64,000 nucleotides of DNA from Dissostichus eleginoides (lineage: Eukaryota). The notes beneath the pieces were generated by a model, which did not search any database, was not told where the DNA came from, and saw nothing but the letters and a program-made list of their open reading frames with translations. The translations under genes and the position numbers were made by a program. The stretch lies in the NCBI GenBank assembly GCA_031216635.1, contig CM062274.1, forward strand, positions 26,420,913-26,484,912. Reading direction: 5' to 3'. Numbering within the stretch: position 1 is the first letter of the stretch; every line of letters begins with the position of its first letter. This document shows positions 12,794 through 25,145 of the stretch, piece after piece.

Positions 12794-15403
12794 ATTCGGA
12801 GTTGATTTCATCCTGTTCTTTGACGGTTAGCAATCACAGGGCGGAAGGGAGCTCTGATTGTGATGAACCTGCTTCCTGCTGTTCTCTCTGTCAATCCAAT
12901 CGCTGTGTTTCCTTTCCAGCGGGATGACTACGGTCCAGTTTGCTGTCCACAAATGTTCTTGGACACAAATACTGCCACTTCTTTAGTGCCTCACACTGCC
13001 AATGTTTGCCAGGCCGGTGGCGTTATATATTTTCCTGGGCCAATATCCTGTCACAAAGCCCTACAGTATTGGGATGAGTGCTGCACAGATCAACATACAT
13101 TAACTCTAGTTACAGTTTTTGTTTTTGGTGCTGCCATGTTGTGCTTTCGAGCTCTGTCAATGCAATTAGCTTAGTCAAGCAGACAAATTAACTTGGGGTA
13201 GAAAAGTAATTATGTTAGAAAAGGGCAACTGGGCTTGCTTCGGGCATCAGAGTGACTTCTGGTATTCATAAAGGAACATTAGGATCCTGTGGACGTCATT
13301 AAATCCATCCTCCACAAAACCATCTTGTGTTAAAATAATCAGTCTGACCATTTCTACATCCAATCTGTAGCCGACAGAACCCAAAGGACTCTCCTCAGCA
13401 GCTGAAATCTGTCAGCAGTGACTAATTATAGAGGGTAAGGTGTGGGGATGTCCAAATCCTGAAATAGGAAAGAAAATGTGTGAGCAATGCTTAATAATCT
13501 AGTTTAAAGATTCAAATTAACAGCAGCACTACGCAGAAATCTAACTTTCAAATGTTGAATAATGCTTGTTTCTTTCTGGATATAACTGGTTAGTTATTGA
13601 AAAAAAAGTATTCTCATTCTACTTAACACAGCACAGGAAAAACAGCTATGTTCACATGCCCCCTTGTGGATCACATCTGTCACATATTAATTTTATGGCA
13701 TAGTTTGACACCTTATTAATAAGTAAAATGTCTACCATGGATCTGTTTGGAGCCCCCTTTCTGGGACTGTTAATAAATGCATTGTTGCTCCGTTGGTTTA
13801 TTTAAAAAACCCAGTGTTTATCATCATTTAGTTCTTGTGCAACATGAAGCCTCTTATAAATGTTGAATTAATGTAGTTGTTTTAAGCTTATATAGATTGT
13901 TGGACATCAGTCTCAATTCTAAAGTGCCATCTGAGTTTTCCTTAAGTAAAAATCTCTTTATCTGCATTTGCTATTTTGGATCTTCAGTCATTCTGTGTAG
14001 CTTTTTGGCCAAATGAACCAGCCTGGGTGGAATTAACAATCAAACATAAAAACGAATTACTGTATATTGAGTCATCTCTGTGTGTGACTAGCACCAGGCT
14101 GCTCTGTATCTGCATCACTGCTTTTGCAAACTGTGTTACCATCATCTGGTTTCATATTATTTATATTTCACGTCACTGCAGGAGGTTCAGGCAGTCATAC
14201 ATCTCTGTAGTTCTGTGTTTTTAATAACTTTGTTTGGTTGGTGGTGGGTCAGTGCCTTCTGTCTTTGAGGAACCAATTTCCTCTGCCGATCTGTGAGATA
14301 AAGATTAATTTAAATTCTGATATTTGAATAGATGTTTAAACTGGGAACGTGTGTTTCAACTAATGTACCCATCGTTAAATAATTATATTTCAGCAGTGTG
14401 TGAACAATAGGCTATATAAGTAGTAGTATTCGCCAAATTAAATGTTCCCAACTTGTGTGTAAGTGGGCTTTTTAACCCCTCTGAATAACACTTTATAAGA
14501 ATTTTTGTGAACTCAAATAAATAAGGTCCAGGGAAAAAACATCAAGCTGTTAAATCCTCATTTATATACCAGAATACAAACATAAAACAGCACTCATACA
14601 CAAGTGCTTAGAGTCCACAGCTAAATATTCTGTGAAATATGTTTTAGCATGGTGAACAGGGCTGGGCAGCATAGTGAAATTAACTTTGTCATACTTGTTT
14701 TGTTTGTAGCAGAACTCTTCATCCAGAGGAGGGCAGCATTTTGTCCGTGTTAAAAATAGCTCAGCCCATGTGGATAACTGGAAATTTTAGTGTTTAACCA
14801 GGAAGTCAGCCACAGATTACCTCTGTCAAGTTACAGACACTGACCCTGACATTACTTCTGATTTTCCTTTCAAAGTAAAAGTCTTACAGAAAAGGATTGC
14901 AGCAAATTTCTCAGTGCCTAAAAGAAAGAAATTAAGACTATTGCACAAATCGTCAGAATATTCTTTTAAATCACAAAGAAGCAGATTTTTGGGACATGCT
15001 ACTTAAATGTAATGTATGCTATTTCTTTCTGTAACAAGCACTGGGACACTAGCCAAATAAAAGACAAGTGTCTTATCAGTAGGGGACATACGGGTATTAG
15101 ATGATAAAGATATTTAACTCTTTACATTCACCTTCACATGTAGTTGAATTCACAAACAACAGAAACGTTGTTTGTATTATTTGCATTTAATGCTAAACAT
15201 TATAATAGTGAGAATTAGTTTGGGTAAAAACTATGATGGTGAAGGTATATTTTATAAAGTACTGTACTTAAGTATATGTTGACATATTTGTACTTGACTT
15301 CAGTATATCTATTCTATTCTTTTATAGACATTTTATATTGCATGGTATCGATTTACTTTTTAAATGTACATGATATGACACATTGCTGTACTACTCTGAC
15401 TCT

Positions 15404-15466
15404 ACCCATATCATACTCTACCCATATCATACTCTACCCATATCATACTCTACCCATATCATTATA
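15404..15466. repeat. 16-bp minisatellite (cccatatcatactcta)x4
   Basis: Four tandem copies of cccatatcatactcta. Confidence 0.9.
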
Positions 15467-16496
15467 CTCCACATTGACCAGACTACATAAAAATGCTATC
15501 TTTTGATAAAAACTGAAAAATATATTTTGTTATAATAAAATAACACTGTGTAACACTAACAACCCAAATCATTCTGATAATTACATTTCACTGGTAATAC
15601 TTCTGTTCTTTTACTTATGCAACAATAATGAATATCGGAAACGTACAGAGTATTTTTTTATTAGGATATATCTTCTTTTACAACGCCTAAGTAAATACAC
15701 CTGAGTATCACTTCTTCCTCCACTGGGTTTAACGCTATACAGTCTATGGTTTAACGTCAATGTCACAACCTTTATTTTGAAAACACAAGCACACCGGAAG
15801 TTAAAACGGTGTGCTGCTAGCATTATGCTAACCTGTGCGCAGCAGTGACAGCTCTGTATTTCTCAACACTCCTCTTATCCCAGAACTAAAGTCAACCTGG
15901 ACTTTCTGACCACACCTGCAGAAGTATCGCCTGGATGTTAACAGTTAAGTAAACCTCAGTTACTTTATTTAACTAGATGTTGCATAACGCATTCTGTGAA
16001 CTAAGTGTATTGCTAGCTTTGTTGTACTTTTATATGCAAATGTCATGGAGAGCTAATTAAGCAATTTTCATAGTAAACATTAAAACCATATATACTTTGT
16101 TGTTTTAACTTAGTATTATTCGTTTTATAGTACAAGTTATTATATGCAAATAACACTTCTTAAGTAACGCCAATTGTGTTAAAGTGCATCCAGATGCATT
16201 CAGTTTCTGATATAATCATTGTGGCATGTTTTGCATCTTTTTAATGCCCTCATTTTTTTATTTGTTTTAGCTTAGGGCAATACTTCCGGTTTGCTTCTCA
16301 GCAATTTCTTTTTTTCCGTGTGCGCCAGTGTGGGTGTGTCCCACTGTACATACTGTCCCGTTATGGTCTCACGTTGAAGTTTACAACATATATATTGACA
16401 TTTCAACTGCACTAAAAGTATTAAGCAGATGGAAAACATTGTATTTATATGATTCATTTCCCATTAAGTATTGTGGTGTGTTCTCTCCTCACAGGC

Positions 16497-16660
16497 ATGG
16501 CTGTGTTTGAGAACTGCTCTGTGTTGTTTGAGCTGAAAGCTTTGCCTTACAAGGAGAAGAAGGAGCTGAAATCAGCAATAACAGAGAATGGAGGCAACAT
16601 TTCCTTTGTTGTCAATAAAAAGGTCGAGGGTGTGATCACTTCCTATACTGCCAGGCTATG
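16497..16660 (+). CDS. parp4: parp4 coding exon 1 (ATG, BRCT domain N-terminus)
   Basis: Acceptor ctcctcacag|GC precedes the ATG at 16497. Translation MAVFENCSVLFELKALPYKEKKELKSAITENGGNISFVVNKKVEGVITSYTARL resembles the human PARP4 N-terminus (MVMGIFANCIFCLKVKYLP...KENGGKFSF). Donor ctatg|gtcttt ends the exon in phase 2. The donor choice is the weakest call in the gene. Confidence 0.65.
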
Positions 16661-16839
16661 GTCTTTTGATTAAAAACGAAATATCTTCCTCCAACATGAT
16701 TAATGTACATAAAGCTTGCATGTTTAAACTGTGTCCTTGTGTTGCAATGTTAAAGAACAATCATATATTGCTCTCTGCCTACATTTCCCACAGTGCTCTC
16801 TGATAGTGACCAATGATGTATCAACCTGAGCTCCAACAG

Positions 16840-17018
16840 GCTGCGTAGCATCCAGAAATACCAAACGCCTGTGGTCAGGGTGGAATATGTGAACAGCTGT
16901 CTGGAGAAGGGAGTTCTTCTGCCTGTGGATGAATACAAGCTGGACATTTCCTCTCCCTCTGTGTTCTCTCCTCCTCTTCCCCCCTCCTCACCAAGGCGTA
17001 GTCCAATCTCACATCAAG
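16840..17018 (+). CDS. parp4: parp4 exon 2 (BRCT)
   Basis: Translation LRSIQKYQTPVVRVEYVNSCLEKGVLLPVDEYKLDISSPSVFSPPLPPSSPRRSPISHQ, donor caag|gtatta. The acceptor is ambiguous (aacag|g at 16840, or ctgag|c at 16831). All other frames hit stop codons. Confidence 0.6.
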
Positions 17019-18259
17019 GTATTATCAGCATAGGTAGTAATTGTTAACAAAAAGCATGTATACTAAGCACATGTTATATGCAACAAAACATTACACTTAA
17101 ACAGGATTCGAAAATTGGCTGCACACAGAACTGATTAGGTTTTGGTGGTCAGATGTCACGTTCACTGTGACCTCACACAACCCTTTTTTATCTTCCTAAT
17201 TAATATGCTTATTATGACAATTTCCCACAAATGTGTAATTGGATAAAACTAGGAAGTGATGGCATTTTATACAGACATGGATGCAACTTTACTGGTTGCA
17301 TAATGCATAAAACCTTTAGGGAGTAATTCTAGTTTTTCTTTTAATGTAGACACAATGTTTTAAACAACATAAATACCCTTTATTAGGTCACCTTTTAAGG
17401 TCCACTAGAAGTAAAGTAGTATATCATGATTCCATGGGATCCTTGAAACTTTCAAATTAGCAAGACAAAATAAAGGCCTTGAATCTTTGTTTTTTTGCTG
17501 TCCAGAAACACTGCAACCATAAATGCTTATAGCAACAGTCGAAGATAAAATAAAATCAGTTATTGTGGATTCTCACTTTATAATATGATGTACTGCAGCT
17601 TACTTGATCCCCATTGGACAATAATGTATTGTTACTGCAGCAGTGAATGGAAGATGGTGAAGGCCATAGACCCCTAACTCTGATATTTGGGAATGCACCT
17701 TATTTACGTGTTGGTCTATAAAGCTTTTACATTACATTTGCGTTGTTTTAAAATGTGCAGTGTGGGTTTTTATGCACTGTATATGTATACAGAGGTGAAG
17801 GACTGTAATATAACAATGATTACTTTTTCCGGTTTACTGTCTCTTCCGGAAACTAACTCAATCAGAATCATGGACTCCACCCGGTTCCAACACAACGATG
17901 ACTCATGATTCCTCTGAGTCGTTTATCTGCTCTCAGGAACAGACACAAGTCGGAGCTTATTGTCGATCAATTGTTATGTCCTCCCACTTCAGTTTCCACC
18001 TTGATAGATGGACATTGTGATTAAAAAGTACAGTTGAGACTCAGTCAGCAGGTTTATCTTCATAGCAGCCTTTTCTTTAATAACCTGCAGCAGTGTTGTA
18101 AATCAAGAGCTTTGTGAAGTGTTTTCATAGGAACCCACAATGCTTACATAGCCTGTGTGTACTCAGGTTTAAATGCATACCAGTTCTAATGCTTTTATTG
18201 CAGAACAAGTAAAGTGAGGTGTCGTTCATGTGTATTTTCTTGTGTCTTTTGTATTTTAG

Positions 18260-18344
18260 TGTCCAAAGTACCATCAAGCAACACCGAGCTCTCTAAGAGG
18301 CAAGAGACTTCAGGGAAGAGCAGAAACATCTTGGAAAAGTTCAG
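18260..18344 (+). CDS. parp4: parp4 exon 3
   Basis: Acceptor gtattttag|tg, donor ttcag|gtgtga. Translation VSKVPSSNTELSKRQETSGKSRNILEKF is phase-consistent with exons 2 and 4. Confidence 0.7.
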
Positions 18345-18885
18345 GTGTGAACATCGACCCTTCTCAAGAAGTTTGTTGTATTAACCCTGCGGTATCAGTG
18401 ATGAAGCTGAACATGACATAGTTACATCAAACAGATGGTTAAAGGTTCAGTCATGCAGACCTTTTGTTATGATTGTAAATATGTGTGACCTTTGCACTGC
18501 TGAGACCTTTATCAAGCTGATCGGTGACCTATTCCTGTATCTCTTAGCAGTTCCTGATCCTTCAGACAAATAATTCAAAGATAGTATTGTTACAGAGAAT
18601 AGCTTTGTACACTCACAGGCTCAACACATTTTGTCACCTGAGTATGCAGCTCACGAAGAATAATTTGCATGAATAAATAGAAAACTGTCCTTCTTTTAAA
18701 TCTCAATGTTCTCCATGTGAAGATGCATTTGTTGCTGCTCCCATACTTTGTCACATGGTGGTAGGAACAACTGGATGAAAAACACCACAAGAGTTCAAAC
18801 ATTAGGTCGACATTTCTGCAAAAATGTGTATTCCCTAATAACATGTATGCATGAATTCATCTTCATTTTCAATTACATTCCACAG

Positions 18886-18964
18886 AATTTATACTGAAAC
18901 TGATACGACTCTTCCGAAGTACCCGGATCATTTTCAAGTGGCAAAGTATTCAATCTTTGAAAAG
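18886..18964 (+). CDS. parp4: parp4 exon 4
   Basis: Translation RIYTETDTTLPKYPDHFQVAKYSIFEK matches human ...PQDFEVAKYNTLEK. Acceptor tccacag|, donor gaaaag|gtaaag. Confidence 0.8.
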
Positions 18965-19047
18965 GTAAAGCTGCAGTTTATTTTTAGCTTTTCTTATACT
19001 GCTTCTACAGTAAATATGTATTGTTAATATTATACATTTCGCTCCAG

Positions 19048-19152
19048 ATAAACAGCAGGACGTGGTGTGTGCTGGAGCTTCAGAGTTACAGAGGAGAGAC
19101 AGGATGCCGGTACCGGGTGGTCAGGTACTGGAAGGACGATATCGGAGCCAAG
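19048..19152 (+). CDS. parp4: parp4 exon 5
   Basis: Translation INSRTWCVLELQSYRGETGCRYRVVRYWKDDIGAK. Acceptor gctccag|, donor gccaag|gtatga. Confidence 0.8.
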
Positions 19153-19798
19153 GTATGAATTATTATACATCACTGCTTTGCTGAGCTAATAAATGACTTT
19201 ATTTACTTTTTAGACATAGATGAATTTCATTCAACTTCATACACTGCACGCAATTCATATCACCATTTTTTATTTCTAAACTTCCTGCCTTCCCTTCATT
19301 TTTTAAGCTGTTTGTAATGATATAGTAATTGACTGTTTCCCTAGACATACTACATTATTTAAATATTAGTTTTGAGTTGCTATACATGTTATTTGACCAG
19401 TGAATCTGTTTCTCTGTTATTCAACGTTTTCTTTCATGTTGCTTTTAACTCACAGATTAAAATGCTGGACATTTCATTTTTCTGGCTTTATGACCCATTT
19501 ATAATATCTTCTCCTTTATGTCTTAAAACATGCTGTCTATTGTAATATGATGTTAAAGTTGACTGAAGTTAAAGAATCTGAAAAACTGAAGAGACCACCA
19601 GCAGAGTAAACATCAGCGAACCACAACAAATCAATTCCAGCAATCACCAGGAGACTAAGATGGGCACTTTTTTTATAACATGTCACATTACATAAAGTAC
19701 CATAAAATCAACATTTGGGACTCGAATCAGACTTCAGTTATAGAGTAACTTGAACATTGTAAAAACATCAAAACCAATGCCTGTGTTTGTGCTAACAG

Positions 19799-19957
19799 AA
19801 TGCGGCGGTGAGGGATATGCTGGTGCATCTGTCCACCTCAGAGGAAGCTCTGGAGGTCTACAAGACCCTGAGAGAGACCCTGCAGGCTGATGGTCTGCAG
19901 CTAAGGAACAACACCCCCCCACAGGCCCCAGACCTCGGCTCCGACCCCCTCCAGCTG
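19799..19957 (+). CDS. parp4: parp4 exon 6
   Basis: Translation NAAVRDMLVHLSTSEEALEVYKTLRETLQADGLQLRNNTPPQAPDLGSDPLQL. Acceptor gctaacag|, donor cagctg|gtggga. Confidence 0.8.
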
Positions 19958-19974
19958 GTGGGACATTACATTTA

Positions 19975-20130
19975 ATTTCATTTGGCAGATGCTTTTATCC
20001 AAAGCGACTTACAATGAGTGCATTCAACCAGGAGGGTACAGAGCAACAAGAATCATGTAGGTATTAGTTTGAACTATGCCAAACCATTCGAAGTGCTAGT
20101 ACATTATTACAATATGTATAGAGATTCATT
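19975..20130 (-). mobile_element. SINE tail fragment (gcttttatccaaagcgacttaca motif, reverse orientation)
   Basis: cagatgcttttatccaaagcgacttacaat is the reverse complement of the 59500-59530 SINE tail motif gtaagtcgctttggataaaagcg. Confidence 0.45.
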
Positions 20131-20754
20131 GGCCGAGGTGCAGTCGAAAAAGGTGTGTTTTCACTTACCCTTTACTTTATTTAAACCTTTAAGAAATTGA
20201 TATGATAAACAATAAAGCTGCCGACAGTAAGTAGAAGGATACTATTCTGTTCCTCTTGAACGGTATTTCTTTCACAATTAAATGTATTGCACCAGCATGT
20301 GGTGGATAAATGTAATAAGTTATGTTTATTTATACAATAATACATGCAAAGTCAATGAATTAACATCATTCCCTGTCAATATGCAACATTATTACACATT
20401 ACAAAACTATTTAAAGGGTAAATAATTATTCATTTCATAGAAAAAAATCCCAATAATAAAAATGACAGTACAAAGTACATTAGATTACACAATTGTCTTG
20501 ATTTTTAAATACCTAGCCTTCATAAAATACAAAACTGTCTTTGTTTAAAATGAAATGAGAGGTGTTTTAGAGACTCTACTCCAAGCTTTATTGCAGCTTA
20601 CATTTTCATGGTACAGATGTTCCTAATATACATCAGTGTATCTTAGTTAGCAGCGTTCTGAGTTTGTTAGGGTGAGTCACTGCTTCTGGACATTTGTGTA
20701 GCTGAATCTAATGAGCTGTTGATTTGATTTGCATGTTCCTTGTTTTACTGACAG

Positions 20755-20892
20755 CTGCTGCTGGAGGAGAAGCTGAACACAGGAAGCTTATCACAGGAAG
20801 TGGGAGTGTTTGTGGAGCTGCTGTGGACCGAGGCCCTGGGCTGCCTCGGCAACATCCTCACAGTCCCCATCAACAAGCTCAGCCTCAACGAT
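20755..20892 (+). CDS. parp4: parp4 exon 7 (PARP regulatory helical domain)
   Basis: Translation LLLEEKLNTGSLSQEVGVFVELLWTEALGCLGNILTVPINKLSLND aligns with human ALLLEEVMNSSTLSQEVSDLVEMIWAEALGHLEHMLLKPVNRISLND. Donor aacgat|gtaagc. Confidence 0.9.
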
Positions 20893-21035
20893 GTAAGCTC
20901 CTCTCTGTGGATCGTGCTGCTGTCAGACTACTGAGAGAAACATCAGCTGCCCCATCAGCCTTATTTGTTTGACCTTCCCGGAAAGACAGTCTAATGATGC
21001 ATCTCATTACAATTATTCTTGTGCTCCGTGTCTCG

Positions 21036-21042
21036 TGTGTGC

Positions 21043-21076
<34 letters not shown>
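21036..21076. repeat. (GT)n microsatellite abutting the parp4 exon 8 acceptor
   Basis: tgtgtgcgtctgtgtgtgtgtgtgtgtgtgtgtgtgtag|gtt. Confidence 0.9.
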
Positions 21077-21247
21077 GTTAGCAGGGTGGAGGGCTTGTTG
21101 CTCCAGGCTCAGAGGAAGCTGAAGGAGTCAGATTATAATGAGGTTGCGTCTCTTATTGATGAGGTTTACACCCTGCTGCCGCACAAAGAGCCATGCCCCT
21201 TTCCTCCCACTGCCAAGTTCATCTCTCAGAAACTGGATCTCTGTCAG
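21077..21247 (+). CDS. parp4: parp4 exon 8
   Basis: Translation VSRVEGLLLQAQRKLKESDYNEVASLIDEVYTLLPHKEPCPFPPTAKFISQKLDLCQ (human VSKAEGILLL...LIPHKG...ADLCQ). The acceptor follows a (GT)n tract directly: gtgtgtgtag|gtt. Confidence 0.88.
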
Positions 21248-21946
21248 GTAACACTGAACTCACACACAATCACTAACACAAACACTAAGACATGTATAGG
21301 CAAGGCAAGGCAAGTTTATTTATATAGCACCTTTCAGCACATGGCAATTCAAAGTGCTTTACAAAATAAAATAAAAGACATTTAAGAAGAAATACAGCAG
21401 AAATATAGACAGCTTGAAGCAAATAATTATGAATTGTAAGGCCACATGCTGTCTTTTTCCTAAATACAGTATCCGTTGGTGTGTTCACAAACATAGCCAA
21501 AAACCCTGTTGATGAGTGTGCTGTTGATGGACTTTTACAATGACGTCATTGAAAAACATTGATGTACAGTATGTCTGGGTTGGATTTCTTTTGTATACTA
21601 ATTACATAAATGGTACTTAAGCAAGAAGTATATAATAAATACTTTTTAAAGTTAGTTTATATCATGGTGATCCTTATAAACACTGATAAGTCAGGGTGTC
21701 CGCGGGGTCTTAAAAAGTATTAAAAGTTGATAAATCAATTCAGCGAAAATTAAGGCTATTAAAAAGTATTAAAAAGTGTTAAACGGCATTTTCCAAGGTA
21801 TTAAGAAGGTCCACAGCAACGACAACATGAAACACCCTTTAATTTACTGCAACGACATGTCGGGAAACCCCCTCAAGGCGGCCCCATGCATAGCGCGCTG
21901 TCAAATGCTGCTTCTTATTTTAAGTTTCGTTGCCTTGCTCTGCTCT

Positions 21947-21962
21947 GGGGGGGGGGGGGGGG
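21947..21962. repeat. G16 homopolymer
   Basis: Sixteen consecutive G (ctctgggggggggggggggagag). Confidence 0.9.
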
Positions 21963-23812
21963 AGAGTGTGTTGGGCACCACTGATGGGGATCAGAGCTGT
22001 CCGGTCCCACATGCTAAGTGCTAGCCAGAAAGTCGTGGCGTTTAAGTCCCGACTCTCCCGATGGCCAATCCGTGCCTCCCCTGACTGCACGTTGCTGACA
22101 CACACCGCTGCAGTGCAGACTCTCTGCACGGAGGAGCCACGGAGCAGCAGCGGAGTCCGGGCGATGCTGCTCCTCCAAGGAAGAGACACACGTTCACTAA
22201 GCCAGAAAAACGATATCCGGTCACAGAGATCTGCTATTTTAAAGTAAAGTCAACACATATCAACCCTAAATATAGTCTATATTAAGAACGAGAAAAGTCT
22301 TAACATATATATCATTTTTTGTAAACATATGACACATGTGCGAGGGTGATGACGTCAGAGCATCGTCCTATGTGGCTTAGCCCCGGCCCAATTTAAACCC
22401 TGGGTATTTGTGAGGGAGCTCCTATATGGCATTACCCCGCTGAAGCTCACCAAAGTTTAATATTTCATAGTTCAAAGTTTTGTCAATTGGTTTGTTTCTT
22501 GGTCAAATACTGGTTTCTGAGGAGTTTGACTGGAATGAAAGAGCACAACGTGTGTCTACAGAAGCAACAAAGCAGCATACTGCATTAAACCTGACCTTGA
22601 CGAGAGGTTGAAGTTCATGTGGAGAGGAGGCTCTCCTACTACTTTCTAATGGTTTATTTTTCTAATAAACCTTGCATTGGGTTGGTCACACAATTCATTC
22701 TCTTGTGCTTTGTTCTATCTGAATTATGATAAGGAGTTATCACAAACTGTTTAGTTGTGCTATCTTACAATCAATACTATATATAGTAAATGTGAGGTAA
22801 AGTGTGTTGCCAATGTAACCGGTTAGAACTCGAAGTTGCGATGAGGTCTTAAAATGTATGGAAAGGGTCTTAAAAGGTCTTAAATTTGACTTCAGGATTC
22901 CTGCATATACCCTGTAAGTACACAAAGAGTTGGCAGTTAAGATAATCATTAATTCTCATAATGATCAATACAACATTATTTGTTGTGACTGTCATGTTTT
23001 GTTTTCATTTGAGCGATAACAAGTTTGAACCTTCCTGGCTTCTGAAGCTATTTAGTTCGTCATTATTTAAATGTTCCATTTAACAGAGAAGTTATACACA
23101 ATAAAATGGTTAATATTTACATTTGAATTCATTGCATTTATTATAAAGTCATTCTGTGTTTACTAAATGATGTGACCCAATTTGGTTTATTTCGTTTTAA
23201 TCGACTCCAGTGTGTAGAACATTTTCACTGTTTGGCCACATATAGTAATTGATTTACTTTACATCAAATGTAGGAGCCAAATGTAGGGTCTCTGTGTGTT
23301 TTATTCATTATATGGAATGTTTGACTCATCAGTGGTGGGTTTGTTCACTGGAGCGTGGGCTGGAGTAAGTGGTGGTTTAACCTGCGATCACCTGCTCACT
23401 TGGGTTTAGAGGTGGGGAAGCAACATTTTCTGTTCACCGCATACTTTTTACCACAATGTCTACCTCATTTCCATTTCCATCACACTTCCACTTGCACTCG
23501 CCGTCGTATTCAAAGGAATTGGTTATGGATTGTATTTCATTTTTGTTTGTGGAAGAATACATTGTCAAACAAACCCATGGAGTAGAGCGGATATGTTCGT
23601 GCACGTCATACTAGTGTTTCTTCTCATGTTTTGCCCCTTGCAGCTTGTTTTTGACTAGCTAGAGCCACAATAGCAAATGTAAAAACATGAATTGTTTAAA
23701 CCTAAACAAATATTCTGAAATACACAGCATTCATTTTCATTCATAAACACAAGTCACCAGTGTCCCCTGTGCATATTCAGGTTAACTCATCATGATATCT
23801 TCCTTTGTCTAG

Positions 23813-23964
23813 TTAATCCGAGATGTTCTCAACGTGAGTGAAATGACCCTGAGGAGCCCCATGCCCTCCTGCCTGGGGAAGTACCGCGCTCTGAGGTGCA
23901 GCATTGAGGCGGCCCCCCCCGACACCCCCGAGCTTCAGGCTGTCACCTCCCTGCTGCAGGAAAG
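23813..23964 (+). CDS. parp4: parp4 exon 9
   Basis: Translation LIRDVLNVSEMTLRSPMPSCLGKYRALRCSIEAAPPDTPELQAVTSLLQE(R) (human LIRDMVNVCETNLSKPNPPSLAKYRALRCKIE). Acceptor ctttgtctag|, donor gaaag|gtagcg. Confidence 0.88.
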
Positions 23965-24935
23965 GTAGCGTAACACCTCAGAAATACTGGAGGAAGCCAT
24001 TCAGTGATGCATAGCTTCCAAACCACAAACACATACATCTATTCACAAGAAGGACTTGCAGATATAAATTCCCACCAACTGTTATTTATGTTCCTATTTC
24101 AGGCCGTTTATAGTCACAAATCTGATAAAATATATGAGCATCATCACGTAATTTAATAGTGAGTCTCATTCGGCTGGTTCTTCCCAATTGTAGCCATTTA
24201 TTTGTATTAAAGGTCCATCTGCAGCACTGAGGAGAAACATTATAGAATGAGCGCTGGGGGTGATGCCCCTCAGACCTCCATTTTTATCAATTTCCTGTCT
24301 TACTCAAAAGATATACAGAGTTTGCTATTATTGGACCATAAATCTGTGAATAGCACTGTATCTGCTTCGGAGGGTTTGCATTTTTAGCTCAGTAAAGACA
24401 CATCTGTATTCCACATCTGGTTTAAAACTATTATTCATGGTTTTATACATCAAACTCAAGCTTTTTTGCCACGACATACCTCCTCTTATATACTTTATTC
24501 TTCACTTTCAATCAAACACTACCCAATTCATTAAGTTAGATTTATAACTGTTAAATTATAGACAACACTTTGGGCAAAATCTAAAAAAGAGCCCAGTAAA
24601 TTTCCAGAAGAAGAGAGAGAGTTTGAGGGCACAGAATGCAGTTTCAATATTAATTAGCCTTTCCTCTTCTCGAGACATAAATAATACAGATAATACGTGT
24701 TCACCAAAGGCTTTGTATGAAGTAACCGGGACCATACCATTCAGATTAATTGTAAAGGAATATAAATAATAATAGTGTGTGTACGTTTAGAGGTAAAAGC
24801 CCAAGTGTGTTTTAAACCCTAATGGGGCCAGTAGTGTCCATCCATAAACACCTACAAATATGTTTTTGATACATAAATGTTTGTTTCCGTTGAGTTTGGG
24901 CTCTCACTTCCCATGTTCCTATCTGTTCTTTGCAG

Positions 24936-25067
24936 GAAGATGCAGATCAAACAGGTTCTGCGTGTCAGCCGAGGAGTGGAGCTCCAGACGTTTAAGAGTG
25001 AGTTTGGGAACGTGAGGCCCCTGCTGCACTCCTCCAGCCCCAGCAACTTTGTTGGAGTCCTGTCTCG
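24936..25067 (+). CDS. parp4: parp4 exon 10 (start of PARP catalytic domain)
   Basis: Translation KMQIKQVLRVSRGVELQTFKSEFGNVRPLLHSSSPSNFVGVLSR (human ...LSKLGNVRPLLHGSPVQNIVGILCRG). The donor ctcg|gtgagc runs straight into a (CA)n tract. Confidence 0.88.
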
Positions 25068-25070
25068 GTG

Positions 25071-25144
<74 letters not shown>
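25068..25144. repeat. (CA)n microsatellite starting inside the parp4 exon 10 donor
   Basis: ctcg|gtgagcacacacacaca... about 36 units. ORFs 24852..25145 and 24919..25143 are repeat-translation artifacts. Confidence 0.95.

Positions 25145-25145
<1 letters not shown>

Noticed and set aside
12563-12927. ORFs 12563..12811 (-) and 12691..12927 (+), 78-82 aa.
   Set aside because: They run through a (GT)35 microsatellite (poly-TH / poly-CV translations). They are repeat-translation artifacts, not genes.
21776-22247. Overlapping 60-105 aa ORFs on both strands in parp4 intron 8.
   Set aside because: They lie in a GC-rich island where stop codons are rare. They show no recognisable homology and are mutually overlapping. 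The region is treated as possibly regulatory or TE (see findings), not as CDS.
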